From positions 74,152,001 through 74,216,000 of the forward strand of contig OX597830.1 in the NCBI GenBank assembly GCA_951406725.2: a DNA stretch of 64,000 nucleotides, read 5' to 3'. This stretch comes from Octopus vulgaris (taxonomy: Eukaryota). Positions 14,270-27,513 of this stretch are shown here, piece after piece. The position numbers and the translations under genes are program-made. The notes beneath the pieces are model-generated. The model searched no databases and was not told where the DNA came from. It saw only the letters and a list, made by a program, of their open reading frames with translations. Each line of letters opens with the position of its first letter. Positions within the stretch are counted from its first letter, which is position 1.

Positions 14270-14663
14270 TTATATATATGAAAGGAAAGAATGATGGTCC
14301 GTTTGAGTGCATGGGTCCTCGGCATCTTGGACTATGGTCACTAAACTATGGTCACTAAACAATATAAAATTAACGGCGGAACTCGAAGCAATCCAATGAA
14401 GCTACACAAAGAAGATCGTTTCAATGCAATATATCAGCTTCTGGGGAAACACTGACAGAATAAAAACTCTTCTCCCTGGAACGAAGGCGGGAAAGATATG
14501 TTGTGAAAATCCTGGGAGGCCTTGTACCAAACTTTGGCATTGAAAGTTACACAAACAGCAGAACGGGTCGCCACTGCGTAGTATATGTGTGTGTGTGTGT
14601 ATGTGCATATGTGTGTGTGTGTATGTATATGTTTGTGTATATATACATGTATGTGTATGTATC

Positions 14664-14695
<32 letters not shown>

Positions 14696-14744
14696 TGTAT
14701 GTATGTATGTATGTTTGTATGTATGTATGTATATATATATATAT

Positions 14745-14940
14745 GACCTCGTGTGTACCGTTGGCGATTTATTTTCCTCTGTCTTCCCTTCTCTGGATCT
14801 TTCCTTCTCCTATGTTTCCGACGAAGAGCTCCGCTCGAAACGTTAAACCCTCCTTCTTTCCTGAGCGTCCAATAATACTATATTTGTTCCACGTCCTCGC
14901 GTTGTTGCGTTTTTTTGCGCTTTCTTGTTTGGATTAACTT
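14745..14940 (+). mobile_element. Penelope-like pLTR remnant (second copy at 25363-25530)
   Basis: Near-identical sequence at both loci, both within TA microsatellites, both carrying the same hammerhead motif. Confidence 0.7.
14814..14848 (+). ncRNA. Minimal type I hammerhead motif (U4C core)
   Basis: GTTT-CCGACGA-A-GAGC tcc GCTC-GAAAC-GTT-AAAC. Confidence 0.7.
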
Positions 14941-14959
14941 AATATATATATGTATATAT

Positions 14960-15210
14960 GAATTGAAAAAATTGGAGTCAACAAGGACTGCGGTTGAACA
15001 GTTATTTTTTTCATCACTGCAATTGTTTCCACCCAACGTGTTTCTCCAAAAGTACAGGTATTTGATTATATCACCTGAGGAAACACAACTGGATCTCATT
15101 ATGCAAACGAACAATTGCATAATGAAATACCTTTACTTTTGAAGAACCATTGTAGCGATGAAGAAATGTCCAACCGTACTCCTTATTGTTGACACCAGTT
15201 TCTTAAATTT
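14960..15210. repeat. Diverged inverted repeat (fold-back remnant)
   Basis: ~14960-15069 pairs with ~15119-15210; internal hairpin CATTATGCAA/TTGCATAATG. Confidence 0.6.
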
Positions 15211-15262
15211 TATATTCACACACAACAAACACCCAAACATAAACATGGAAGTATATAATAAT

Positions 15263-15573
15263 GGAGGCGCAATGGTCCAGTAGTTAGGGCAGTGGACTCG
15301 TGGTCGTAGGATCGCGGTTTCGATTCCTAGACCGGGCGTTGTGAGTGTTTATTGAGCGAAAACACCTAGAAGCTCCACGAGGCTCCGGCAGGGGTTGGTG
15401 ATCCCTGCTGTACTCTTTCACCACTCTTTCTCCCACTCTTTCTTCTGTTGGCCTGCTCGCTTAGCCAGCGGGGTGGCGTCATTCGAAGGCTAAAACAATG
15501 CGAAGCACGTGGTGACTAGCGATGTGTAACAACATCTGATGGTCTGGTCAGTTACGTGATTACGTTACGTGAT
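15263..15573 (+). mobile_element. tRNA(Arg)-derived SINE (octopus OR-like), tail type 1
   Basis: GGAGGCGCAATGGTCCAGTAGTTAGGGC..GACTCG..GGTTTCGATTCC head (TCG anticodon-like); ATAATAAT on both flanks as probable TSD. Confidence 0.85.
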
Positions 15574-16455
15574 AATAATCCTAACGGATAGTATTCGGTA
15601 GTGCTGAGGGAGGACTAGCTTTATACTGTACTCTGCCACGTTCCTAACGGAATATACCATAACTGTGTGTGTGTGTGTGTGTGTCCGTGTGTCCGTACAC
15701 ACACATACATATACGTTCATACTTACTTTAAGCACCAAACTTATCCCTTATATTTTTATTGATCCAGGATAAAAATGGAAGAAAGACCTTAAGACCTTAC
15801 TCAAATGATAATATTTCATCTTTGAGATTCTAAAGATACGATTCGATTTTTAAGCGGTCTATTCATTCATGACCGGTTTTTGATTATCTCCCTTGCACCG
15901 GACCAGGATCAGTGCAATCGATAAAGATGCACAGAGACAGCAGCAGTCATATATAGACGAAGAGAGATGGAACTGCAGATGTGTGAACTAACCAGCTAAC
16001 CAGCTAGCCAACCAGACACTTTCATAGCCAGTCAGCCTGTCGGCGAAACGGTGCGACAGTCGGTTAGTCAGTCAACTGATCGTTTGATCATTTAAACCCT
16101 TCATTAATCAAATTATCAATGAAATACAGAATATAATCTGGTAAATTGACTGATAGACCGTCCATCTAACCGGCCAGACGGACCGACCGACTAGCTTATC
16201 TGTCAGTCAATATAATCAACATGAAGCTAAATAATTAAACAGAAGCGAATAAACGATCCCGTGAGGCAAAGGGGTGGGGTGGGGGTGTGTTGGACAATTA
16301 TCGAGGGAGTCAGACAACCTCCAACTAGAAATTGAAATAACAGCTAAAATTTGCATTAAATCACAGCTTTCCGTCTAAAAAACAAAAGTAAGGGCAGACT
16401 GGATAATATAGTTGGTCAAGGTTGGAACGACTCGGATTTATACGTCTCCCTAAAC

Positions 16456-16491
<36 letters not shown>

Positions 16492-16711
16492 CATCACCAC
16501 CACCACCACCGTAGCCCAAAACTCACATTGCAAAGATACGCACAATGACACAGGTAAAGACACCAGCTCTACTTCCACATCCACACAACTGGAGTGAAAT
16601 TAATCAACAAGTTTGAAGAATTATATATTCAATGGCCCTACTACAAATATATGTAGCTCCCTCATGTACTAGGCACACTTATTTTCACATCCATCCATCC
16701 ATCCATACAAC

Positions 16712-17151
16712 ATACATACAAACGAATGTATATGTATGTATTTATGTATGTATGTATGTATGTATGTATGTATGTATGTATGTATGTATGTATTTCTTTA
16801 CTACCCACAAAGGGCTAAACACAGAGACAGACAAACAAGGACAGACAAAGGAATTAAGTCGATTACATCGACCCCAGTGCGAAACTGGTACTTATTTAAT
16901 CGAACCCGAAAGGATGAAAAGCAAAGTCGACCTCGGCGGAATTTAAACTCAGAGGTCGACTTTTCTTTTCATCCTTTCGGGTTCGATAAATAAAGTACCA
17001 GTTTCACACTGGGGTCGATGTAATCGACTTTGTCCTTGTTTGTCCCCTCTATGTTTAGCCCCTTGTGGGCAGTAAAGAAATATACATACATACATACACA
17101 CATACATGCATACATACCTACATACATACATATACATTCGTTTGTATGTAT
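16712..17151. repeat. Inverted duplication of a SINE-B 3' half plus flanking sequence
   Basis: Arms ~200-220 bp around spacer 16935-16951; non-SINE flank ATACAAACGAATGTATATG is mirrored as CATATACATTCGTTTGTAT. Confidence 0.85.
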
Positions 17152-17612
17152 ATTTGTTTGTATGTATGTATGTATGTATGTGTATATGTATATGATGGAC
17201 TCTCCCGTCGAAGACGATGTATGTGCCTTTGCCGAAGGACCTGCACACATGAATTGTTTGGAGTGATCAAATGTATGCACTGTATATTAGCTCTTCTTCC
17301 CTCCCTCATCCCCTCTGTCTGTCTCTCTGTCTCTCTCTGTCTCTCTCTCTATGAAATAGACGTTGCCTGAACAGGTGCACTGTGTACTAACTTTCAGGTA
17401 TCAAAGTGATTGCAGAGCAATATGAGATGAATTGTCTTGCTCAAGAGCACAACGCAACGTACCATCTGCTCTAGGAATTGAAACCCAGGCCTCGCGTGCA
17501 ACACCCCAAGCACTAGGCTACGAACCCTCATATACGTACGTACGCACGCACGCACACACACATACATGTACGCACGCATAGATACACACACATAAAGAAA
17601 TAGATGTGTGCT

Positions 17613-18003
17613 TGGAAATGGAAACACTCCGTCGGTTACGACGACGAGGGTTCCGGTTGATCCGAATCAACGGAACAGCCTGCTCGTGAAATTAACGTGT
17701 AAGTGGCTGAACAATCCACAGACACGTGTACCCTTAACGTAGTTCTCGGGGATATTCAGCGTGACACAGAGAGTGACATGGCCGGCCCTTTGAAATACAG
17801 GTACAACAGAAACAGGAAGTAAGAGTGAGAGAAAGTTGTGGTGAAAGAGTACAGCAGGGATCACCACCATCCCCTGCCGGAGCCTCGTGGAGCTTTTTTG
17901 GTGCTTTCGCTCAATAAACACTCACAACGCCCGGTCTGGGAATCGAAACCGCGATCCTATGACCGCGAGTCCGCTGCCCTAACCACTGGGCCATTGCGCC
18001 TCC
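17613..18003 (-). mobile_element. tRNA(Arg)-derived SINE (OR-like), tail type 2
   Basis: Same head and core as 15263 but a different 3' half ending CCCTCGTCGTCGTAACCGACGGAGTG. Confidence 0.85.
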
Positions 18004-18045
18004 ACTGATGTGTGATTATGCGTATGAATGTATGTACGTATGTAT

Positions 18046-20180
18046 GTCATTATTCAGTTTATATCAAGATATTTTACCAATAGAGAAAGAACCGGTTTCC
18101 AAACTTGATCCAAAGTTCCTTCATTCGAATTTCAACATTAACAGGGTGTGTATGTATGTATGTATTTATGTATGTATGTATGTATGTATGTATGTATGTA
18201 TGCATGTATGTATGTAGGGATGGATGGATGGATGGATGGATGGATGGATGGATGTGCAGATTTGTATGTTTTATGTGTGTGTTCTCATGCATATAGTTGC
18301 ACTTCTGGACATGCTCATATATATTTAATGATAAATTTCTGGAAAGTTTTACAGATTTTTACAGTTCCAGTGATGGATTGAATCTGTAGTCTTCGAATTA
18401 GCTTTCTCTTTTCTGGTTTTGAGAAGCCTAATTTCTCAAGATTGGTATTTAGGCAGTGTGTTATGTATTCCAGGGCCACAATGATTACAGGTATAAACCT
18501 GAACTTGTAATCTGGATAGAGTAACTGCAGATTTCTCAATAGTTTAGCATTGGTGTTAACATCCACTGGGCTGCTAATTTCCACAACTGTGCAGTTTCTC
18601 CTCTCTAACCCAAATCATTATACCAGGTCTATTGTATTTACCTTTTATTGAGGTCTTCCACCAATATTCATTTTCATTATGAGTGGCTATAGCTTCTACC
18701 ATATTGTGGGTTTTTATTTCTTTGTCCTCGGGGTTATCCTTCCGACAGATTTCATTATAGAGTGTCCTAGATACAACGTCATGACTCAGTGGTAGATAAT
18801 ACTGTGATTACATTTTCGGACAACTGCTTATGATGTGGGTGATATCTTCAGTGTGAATTCCACAGGGCCTGCATCGGTTGACACATTTTATGGCTTTTCC
18901 CTCATCTCTATCCCTTTTGCGCATCAGGTACTCGGTTGATATTTCCTCTTCTTGGATTGCAAACGCATACCCATCAAAGTGGGAGGTAGTAATCGGGCTA
19001 TTGGTCCATGATAGACTGCTTTAATGATCACTATCATCACGAAGCTTTCTATTAACATATCCATGCATAGTCTTCTGCTCACACAGCCTCATCCTTTCAT
19101 CTGATGATATGTTGCGGTAGAGTCGTGTGACTTCTTTGGGCATGTATTCTAGATTATCAGAGAAAGAGTGTTGCTCAAGGTGCTGCCTTCCAAGTCTTAA
19201 TGATGTTATCGACCTCATGTATGCAAACTTGGTCAAAGGATGCACTTCGGCAATTGCTGATTAAAAGATGTTGCCGAAGGGATATGATTTGACATTCAAA
19301 GGTATTTTGGATTGATGTTAATCCTCTGTCACCTTGTTTACGTTTTAGGTAGAGACGGTCTACGTTACTATTTATGTGGAAATTATGTGTGCTTGTTAGT
19401 ATGTTTCGGGTTTCCACATCAATGGCTCGGATCTCATCAAGCGTCCAATCAAGGAGTCCAATTGTTGGTATGAGTACTGGCACTGCAAATACATTGTGAG
19501 CCACTGTTTTATTGAATGCAGAGAGTGCTGAGGTCCAAATTTCCTTTATTCGGCTGCAGTATTCTTTAGTGACACGTGTTTTGTTACAGGTGCCATTGTA
19601 AGATATATTATCATCCACCCCTATATACCTGTAACATTCCTCGTCAGATAAAAGGGAAACAGTCAAATCATTGATGGAGATGTTACTAGTCTGGGTTATA
19701 GTTTCCCCCCTTTTCACAACCATATAACATTTATCCTGACCAAACTCCAACCCTCCATCCTTTGAGGATGTTGTAACTAGGTCAAGGCTCTTTTTCATCT
19801 CATGCATATTCTTTGCATAAGTTTTAAGTCATCCATGAAGAAACTGTGTGTAATTTTGTTATTTCTTTTTCCTTGTGAACCAGTGAGATATCCTTCAGAC
19901 TCTACAGTGAACTAGTTAGATATCCTTCAGATTTTACAGAAAGTATAAACAACATCACAGAGTGGCTGTCTCCTTGGAATATGCCTTTGTGATATTGTAT
20001 TCTATCGGTGATAGAAAAACAGTCACTCTTTTTGTTTAAATTCAAAATGGTTCGCCTCGATGAAGTCTGGTCAGCTACGGCTTTGAGTATTTTGACTGGA
20101 ACTTTAGCAAGTTGAAGGGCTTCTAGCACCCATGAGTGATGAAGAGAGTCAAAGGCTTTCTTGTAATCTAACCACATATA
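18046..20180 (-). mobile_element. 5'-truncated, frameshifted R4/Dong-clade non-LTR retrotransposon (RT + restriction-like endonuclease)
   Basis: WLDYKKAFDS, GIFQGDS, FFMDDLK RT motifs; CRPC..EDITHIISSC zinc knuckle, SHD (RHD-like), PD..EIS-type region; C-terminus ITGTVKICKTF; stops and frameshifts; 3' UTR fragment repeated at ~48710-48885. Confidence 0.85.
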
Positions 20181-20416
20181 TCTTCCTATACTTTGCCGTA
20201 TATATTTAAATGATTAGGCAGTGTAGCGCACCTGGCAAAATGGTAAGCGACATATCGTTACGCTCTGAGTTCAAACGTCGCGAGGTCGACTTTATCTTTC
20301 ATCATTTAGGGGTCAATAAAATAAGTACCAGATGAGTTCTGGGATTGACACCTCCCGCCGAACTCGCTGTATGTGATTTATATGGCGCAGAGTAATACAG
20401 TTTGTATCATGCATTG

Positions 20417-20460
<44 letters not shown>

Positions 20461-20611
20461 CAAAATGGGACAAGAACGCAAAACATCCGGGCAGCTAGGT
20501 GATACAAAAAAGGATAACAAAACGTCCAGATAGACGATACAAAGAAAACAAGGACAGGTCATTCAAAGTTTTCTTTCCTCAGTCAAGCACCAGATTATCA
20601 TCGCAATTTCG

Positions 20612-20671
<60 letters not shown>

Positions 20672-20676
20672 ATATG

Positions 20677-20710
<34 letters not shown>

Positions 20711-20734
20711 TGTATGTATGTATGTATGTATGTA

Positions 20735-20781
<47 letters not shown>

Positions 20782-21361
20782 AATTCTTGTAAAGCAACAC
20801 AAGTTAGAAGAAATAATGCAAGTTGATAATTTGTATATTTTCCTTAAAATTCTGTATTTCACGCTTAGGACTCCTTTTTCGGGAGATCTTCTGGAAAATG
20901 GTGTCGTCAGTACAAACCACCGACAGATATTATTTCTTATAATTTGCATTGTTTTAGTCTTATAAAAAAAATATAACAGAAAATATTTATACACCAACAC
21001 AGAAAAACGCACAGACATGTATATAAAATCAAATTATATAATTGTAAAAGAAGAATGAATTAATAAATGAAATCAGTGACCAAGTTTTTCACATTCATAA
21101 ATATTGCGATCGTTATTTCTTAAAAAAAAAAAAAAGGTAAATAAAATTTGTTATATATATTTTAGACGACTATTTATTGAATACAGTCAATACTTGATAA
21201 AATGATTGTTTGCACAAATAATGTGCAGATTGGTTCATGGGAGGTAACTCTTAACTGATCATGCGTAGACAGGTTGATTACCGTTCATAAAATGTTTAAC
21301 TACACAATATTGTCACCTTTGTTTGTAGTTGTGTTATACATACTTTGATTTGTTCATTTAA

Positions 21362-21755
21362 ATTCTTTTATTCTTTTATTCTTTTACTTGTTTCAGTCAT
21401 TTGACTGCGGCCATGCTGGAGCACCGCCTTTAATCGAGCAACTCGACCCCGGGACTTATTCTTTTGTAAGCCCAGTACTTATTCTATCGGTCTCTTTTGC
21501 CGAACCGCTAAGTAACGGGGACATAAACACACAAGCATCGGTTATCAAGCAATGCTAGGAGGACAAACACACACACGCATATATATATATATACATATAT
21601 ACGACGGGCTTCTTTCAGTTTCCGTCTACTAAATCCACTCAAAAGGCTTTGGTCGGCCCGAGGCTATAGTAGGAGACACTTGCCCAAGGGGCCACGCAGT
21701 GGGACTGAACCCGGAACCATGTGGTTGGTTAACAAGCTACCTAGCACACAGCCAC
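21362..21755 (-). mobile_element. SINE family A
   Basis: Reverse copy of family A consensus. Confidence 0.9.
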
Positions 21756-22012
21756 TTCTATTTTTACCCATTTTTCTTTCTTTGTTTTTTTCATTATAAT
21801 CTTACTATTAGTGATTAGTTTAATACTTTGCGTATTATTTCTACCACACATACACACGCACACACGTGCACGCGCACACGCACATGCAAATCTATACTTA
21901 AGACTCTCCTGAAAAATATTCCTATACAGATATCGAAATTCTCGTCCTCTGAACAAATCTTCCGGAATAATATCCAATACTATAATGGAGCACTGACTTG
22001 AACCAACTTTAC

Positions 22013-22412
22013 AGCGTAGGAGTGGCTGTGTGGTAAGTAGCTTGCTTACTAACCACATGGTTCCGGGTTCAGTCCCACTGCGTGGGACCTTTGGCAAGTG
22101 TCTTCTACTATAGCCTCAGGCCGACCAAAGCCTTGTGAGTGGATTTGGTAGACGGAAACTGAAAGAAGCCCGACGTATATATGTATATATATGTGCGCGC
22201 GCGTGTATGTTTGTGTGTCAGTGTTTGTCACCTCCCAACATCGCTTGACAACCGATGCTGGTGTGTTTACGTCCCCGTAACATAGCGGTTCGACAAAAGA
22301 TGTTGATAGAATAAGTGCTAGGTTTACAAAGAATAAGTCCTGGGGTCGATTCGCTCGACTAAAGGCGGTGGTCCAGAATGGCCGCAGTGAAATTGACTGA
22401 AACAGGTAAAAA
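22013..22412 (+). mobile_element. SINE family A
   Basis: Forward copy, head-to-head with the 21362-21755 copy. Confidence 0.9.
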
Positions 22413-23556
22413 AGTTTATCAAACACCACTCCGTTGCTTCCTTTAAGTCATCCAATCGTTAACCCTCTTCCCTTAAGTCATCCATTTGCACCCTTACTGA
22501 GCTGCACATCAGAGCACACTTCAACGCCGAGAGTCTGTGGCGCTGGTTCTGACATTATCAAATGCGTTGCCGGGTCACTGTGGCGTGTCGTGAAGATGGT
22601 GTAGCAGGATATAGGGCTAGCCACTTCAGCATCATCGCTGCTGGCGATTGTGATGATAGCCGAACTGGGGGTCACAGTAATAAGAGAAACGCCATTAGAT
22701 TGCTTTTACCCCCAACGTTGATGGTAACCCCACCAGCAGAGGACACGCGAAACGCCAGGGAGCTCTACTTTCCGGTGACCCGAATAGTCCCCGTAGCCAC
22801 AGAACTAGTCATGCCTACTCTACGTATGTTATATAACCAACCTTTCAGTGGTTCGGTGAAAATTTCCATAGCCAGGGATTTTCTGTATAAACCCTTAGCA
22901 GAACCTTCGCAACACAGCAGAAATTCTACCAGATATTTAATAAGAACACGGTCAAGCAGTCATAATCCACCTCTCCAAACCTGGGGTCCATAATCGCTAC
23001 CTCCAATAGAATAAAATCGAACAATGTGCTGTGTGGGCCTCCACACCCAAATTAGAGCATCTAACCGTGCTAGGGGAGGGGCGGTTTGCTCAGAACATCT
23101 TTTCCTGATAACCTGAGCAAATCGGCTATATGACTCATCGGCCCTAAACATAAGCAACCTCTCACTGGGTTAGCAGTGATACCAACTACTACGACCACTC
23201 GGGATCCTATCATCACTTGGGTCAGTCTATACCCCACTCAGCATCACCCAGTGGGGTTGTGGGACCGGAAATCTTTCCGTTCTAAGCCTGAACGCATGCA
23301 AACTGTAGGTCTGAGAAGATCTGCCATCTTTACGGAAAATGTTTGAGAAAGAATTTGGTTTGTAAGTACCTAGTGGTTTATTTACAATGCCACACCTACA
23401 CACATGTAAAGAAAATCAAATGAGGGTAGCAATATCAAATTCCTTACTTCATCAAAGCAAACCGGGAAGGAGCAGCCATTCAAAACGTTGATGATACTTG
23501 GCGGTGCACCAGCATCGGCACAGCCTTTAGGATGAAATACATAAAATAGCAAAAGG

Positions 23557-23607
<51 letters not shown>

Positions 23608-23679
23608 GGAGCTTCTACAGGACTAGAACTGTTTCATTCAAAAGAAATCATCATATATGTATATGTATGTATATGTATG

Positions 23680-23721
<42 letters not shown>

Positions 23722-23742
23722 CATACATATACATACATATAC

Positions 23743-23790
<48 letters not shown>

Positions 23791-23953
23791 CACACTTAGA
23801 TGTATATATATACATACAATATGCATAAGTATATATGCATATCTATCTATTTACCTATCTGTCTGCCTGTCTAACTGTCTGTCTGTCTCGCTCTCTTTCT
23901 CTCTCTCTCTGTATATATATATATATATATATATAACTACACACATACATAGG

Positions 23954-24001
<48 letters not shown>

Positions 24002-24674
24002 TGAGTATGTATTTGTGAGTGCGCGCTGATATAGTCAATTCAAAGCACAAAGCTGACGTAGAAAATATTAAAAGACACCCGCTGATGGAAAGAGTTTTTC
24101 TTCTTTTCATATAATTAATTTGCTTAAATCATTATTTACTATAAAGGATTTCGTTTAATTGTTTCAATTTTAGTTTCAATTACAGTAATTATTTTATTCT
24201 CCGCCTCTTAATTCTCCCACCATCATCCCCACGTTTTATCTAAACGTAGTCAACGATATAATTGATATTATATGAAAATACAAATTGCCATAGTAAAGAC
24301 TAATAAATTATAAAAAGTGACGAATTACCCCTCAGCCTTCACCACATCACGCCACAAAAAAAAAAAAAATCCAAAATAAAGACACAAACAAATAAACAAA
24401 ACTATAACAATCACAGTAACAAAACTATAAGCTACAGCTTTTCAGTCAAGGGTGTCTGATATTGGGTGTGTATATATATGAGAACTGTATAAGAGATATG
24501 TATGTATATTATAGTCATATAAAGTTACTATACAGTCACATACACAAGTAGACACCCAGATACGTTTCCGGCGTACGTATGTATGAATGTATTCCTGTAT
24601 GTATGCATACGTGCATGTATGCCTGTATGTATGTATGTATGTATGTATGTAATGTGTTTGTATATATATATTTA

Positions 24675-25098
24675 TTTCGACCAAAGATTGGTCCAGGCCA
24701 TGTCTAACTTAATAACACCACCTGATAGGATTATTCGAATCCTGTTTAAGTCAAGGTTTGTTTATTTCATGGGCTCCTCGTGAGCGTTTGTCGAAAAGCT
24801 TGCTGTGCATTTTGTTGGCGAATTAAGTTCCTGGATTTTCCTGAAGAGAAGGCTGCAAAATGGACTCCTTATTCAATCCGAATTAGGCACTTTGCAGCCT
24901 TCGAAACATATGTAGAAAATAATAAAAAGGAATTTTGTTAAATCTTCGTTCAGCTCCATTTCTTCCTACACTTACTATATATATATATATATATAACAAA
25001 ACTTGATTTAAACAAACCTTGACTTAAACAGGATTCGAATAATCCTATCATGTGGTGTTATTAAGTTAGACATGGCCTGGACCAATCTTTGGTCGAAA
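24675..25098 (+). mobile_element. Young Penelope-like remnant with ~90-bp inverted ends and a canonical hammerhead
   Basis: 24675-24764 is the reverse complement of 25009-25098 with about one mismatch; TA-microsatellite context. Confidence 0.75.
24835..24920 (+). ncRNA. Canonical type I hammerhead ribozyme
   Basis: ATTTTC-CTGAAGA-GAAGGCTGCAAA[31-nt loop]TTTGCAGCCTTC-GAAAC ATAT GTA-GAAAAT: intact CUGANGA/GAAA/NUH core, 6-bp stem I, 12-bp stem II, palindromic stem III; predicted cleavage after A24914. Confidence 0.88.
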
Positions 25099-25121
25099 CA
25101 TATCTAAGTTTTATCTAAGTG

Positions 25122-25157
<36 letters not shown>

Positions 25158-25208
25158 ATGCGCATATATATATATATGTATAAATAAATAAATATATATA
25201 TATATATA

Positions 25209-25366
<158 letters not shown>

Positions 25367-25397
25367 CTTCCCTTCTCGGGATCTTTCCTTCTCCTAT

Positions 25398-25432
25398 GTT
25401 TCCGACGAAGAGCCCCGCTCGAAACGTTAAAC
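25398..25432 (+). ncRNA. Minimal type I hammerhead motif (U4C core)
   Basis: GTTT-CCGACGA-A-GAGC ccc GCTC-GAAAC-GTT-AAAC; differs from the 14814 copy only in the stem II loop. Confidence 0.7.
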
Positions 25433-25524
25433 CCTCCTTCTTCCCTTCTTTCCTGAGCTTCCAATAATACTATATTTTTTCCACGTCCTCGCGTTGTGTT
25501 TTTTTTGTGTTTTGTTGTTTGGAT

Positions 25525-25598
<74 letters not shown>

Positions 25599-26279
25599 CA
25601 TATATATTTATTTATCATATATTTACATATATATACACGTTTATTAGTAGGCGTTGCAAGATTCCTGACGTGAAACCATGAGTTAAAACAGATATTGTTT
25701 TATTGTTTTACGGGAAGGTAATTTTGTCCTTCTATAGCACGCGCTATATATTCGTTCTAGAATGGACTAAACGGACCACGGAGACGAATGGTGCCGCTGA
25801 AGAGTTCAGAGATGTGTGATAAAAGTTTTTCGGACAATGGACATGAGTTAGAAAAAGAACAGTAATAAACGAGTGAATAACGAATATATACAGTGCGTGG
25901 GTTTATTTGGCAAAAACAAATTTTTAAAAAATGACCGTCCCGAAATATAACACACACACGCACGCAGACATACACACGCACGCAGACATATACACGCGTC
26001 ATTTTTGGATATAGTGAGCAAGTTTCTTGATGCGAATTCGTGTGTTGAACCATATTTCGTTGTGTCTGCGGGGAGTCATTCACTTTTAGTGCCTTGTTAT
26101 TTAACACACTCACCGTTAAAGTTTCCACTAACTTACTTGTTCCTATATATATATATATATATATATATAAATTTATATATATATAGGTATATGTATATAT
26201 ATATATATATATATTACATATTATATATATATATGTATATATATGTATATATATATGTATTTATATATATATATGGTAA

Positions 26280-26332
<53 letters not shown>

Positions 26333-27276
26333 TATATATATATGTATGCGTACATATGTATATATATATATATGTATGTATATGTATATATATATATATG
26401 TATATATATATGCATATAATGCTTATATATATATATTGTATATATATATCTATATATATATGTGTATATATATATATATGTCTACACACATTTGTTATGT
26501 ATATGTACAAGAGAGTGTATGTGTAAGTGAATGCATTTGTGTGTATATGCGTCCATGTGTGTGTGTGTGTGTGTGCATAATTTTGTGTGTACGTATACGT
26601 ATACTATAAAATATTGTTGGCGCACAGTCCAAAACACTTGTTTGTTGTGCGCATGCTCGACTTTCGCCTATCAGCTGGAATCTATTACACTTTTTCCCAT
26701 GAATCTTTGGGAATAATGCTCGAGTGACTTTGGCAACAGCAGGGGATTGGAACATATCTAAACTCTTGAAGGAATTCAAGTGGAACAACCACTATGTAGC
26801 CAGTAGGACTAGTTCTTGTTAATTATTTGGTAAATTATATGAAAATATGTGTGTATAAATGTATGCGCGTATTGTGCGTGAGTTCGTACGTGCGCGCGCG
26901 TGTGTGTGTGTGTGTGTGTGTGTGTGAGAGTGAGTATATGTATGGTTTTATTTGTGAAATTTTTCACCAATGAGTAAAGAGTCAGTTCTTAGTCTGCAAG
27001 TAAAAATTCTTTCGTTTTGGGATTAAGGCCACACCAAGAGGGCAGTGCTTTGTATGTATGTATGTATGTATGTATGTATGTATGTATGTATGTATGTATG
27101 TATGTATGTATGTATGTACGTATGTGTGTATGTATGTGTGTATGTATGTACGTATGTATGTACGTATGTATGTATGTATGTATGTATGTATGTATGTATG
27201 TGTGTATGTATGTGTGTATGTATGTATGTATGTATGTGTGTATGTATGTATGTATGCATGTATGTATGTATGTATG

Positions 27277-27310
<34 letters not shown>

Positions 27311-27474
27311 TGCTTGTGTGCGTGTGTGTATGTATGTATGTATGTATGAACTGCTGGATGGACGTGTGCATTTGTGGTTGTATGTTTTTATATGTGTAGG
27401 TGTGTATGTTTGTATGTATATACATATATATATATATATACATATGTATGTTTGTATATATATATATACATATA

Positions 27475-27513
<39 letters not shown>

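Noticed and set aside
16271-16293. G-run cluster as a G-quadruplex
   Set aside because: Only three long G tracts
20550-20612. Minus-strand CTGAGGA-AAG aaaa CTT-TGAAT as another hammerhead
   Set aside because: Lacks GAAA and a pairing stem I; probably a repeat remnant, but the fold is unsupported
23606-23653. Minus-strand TGATGA..GAAAC..GTC hammerhead fragment
   Set aside because: Truncated by a TA tract at the core, weak stems; not counted
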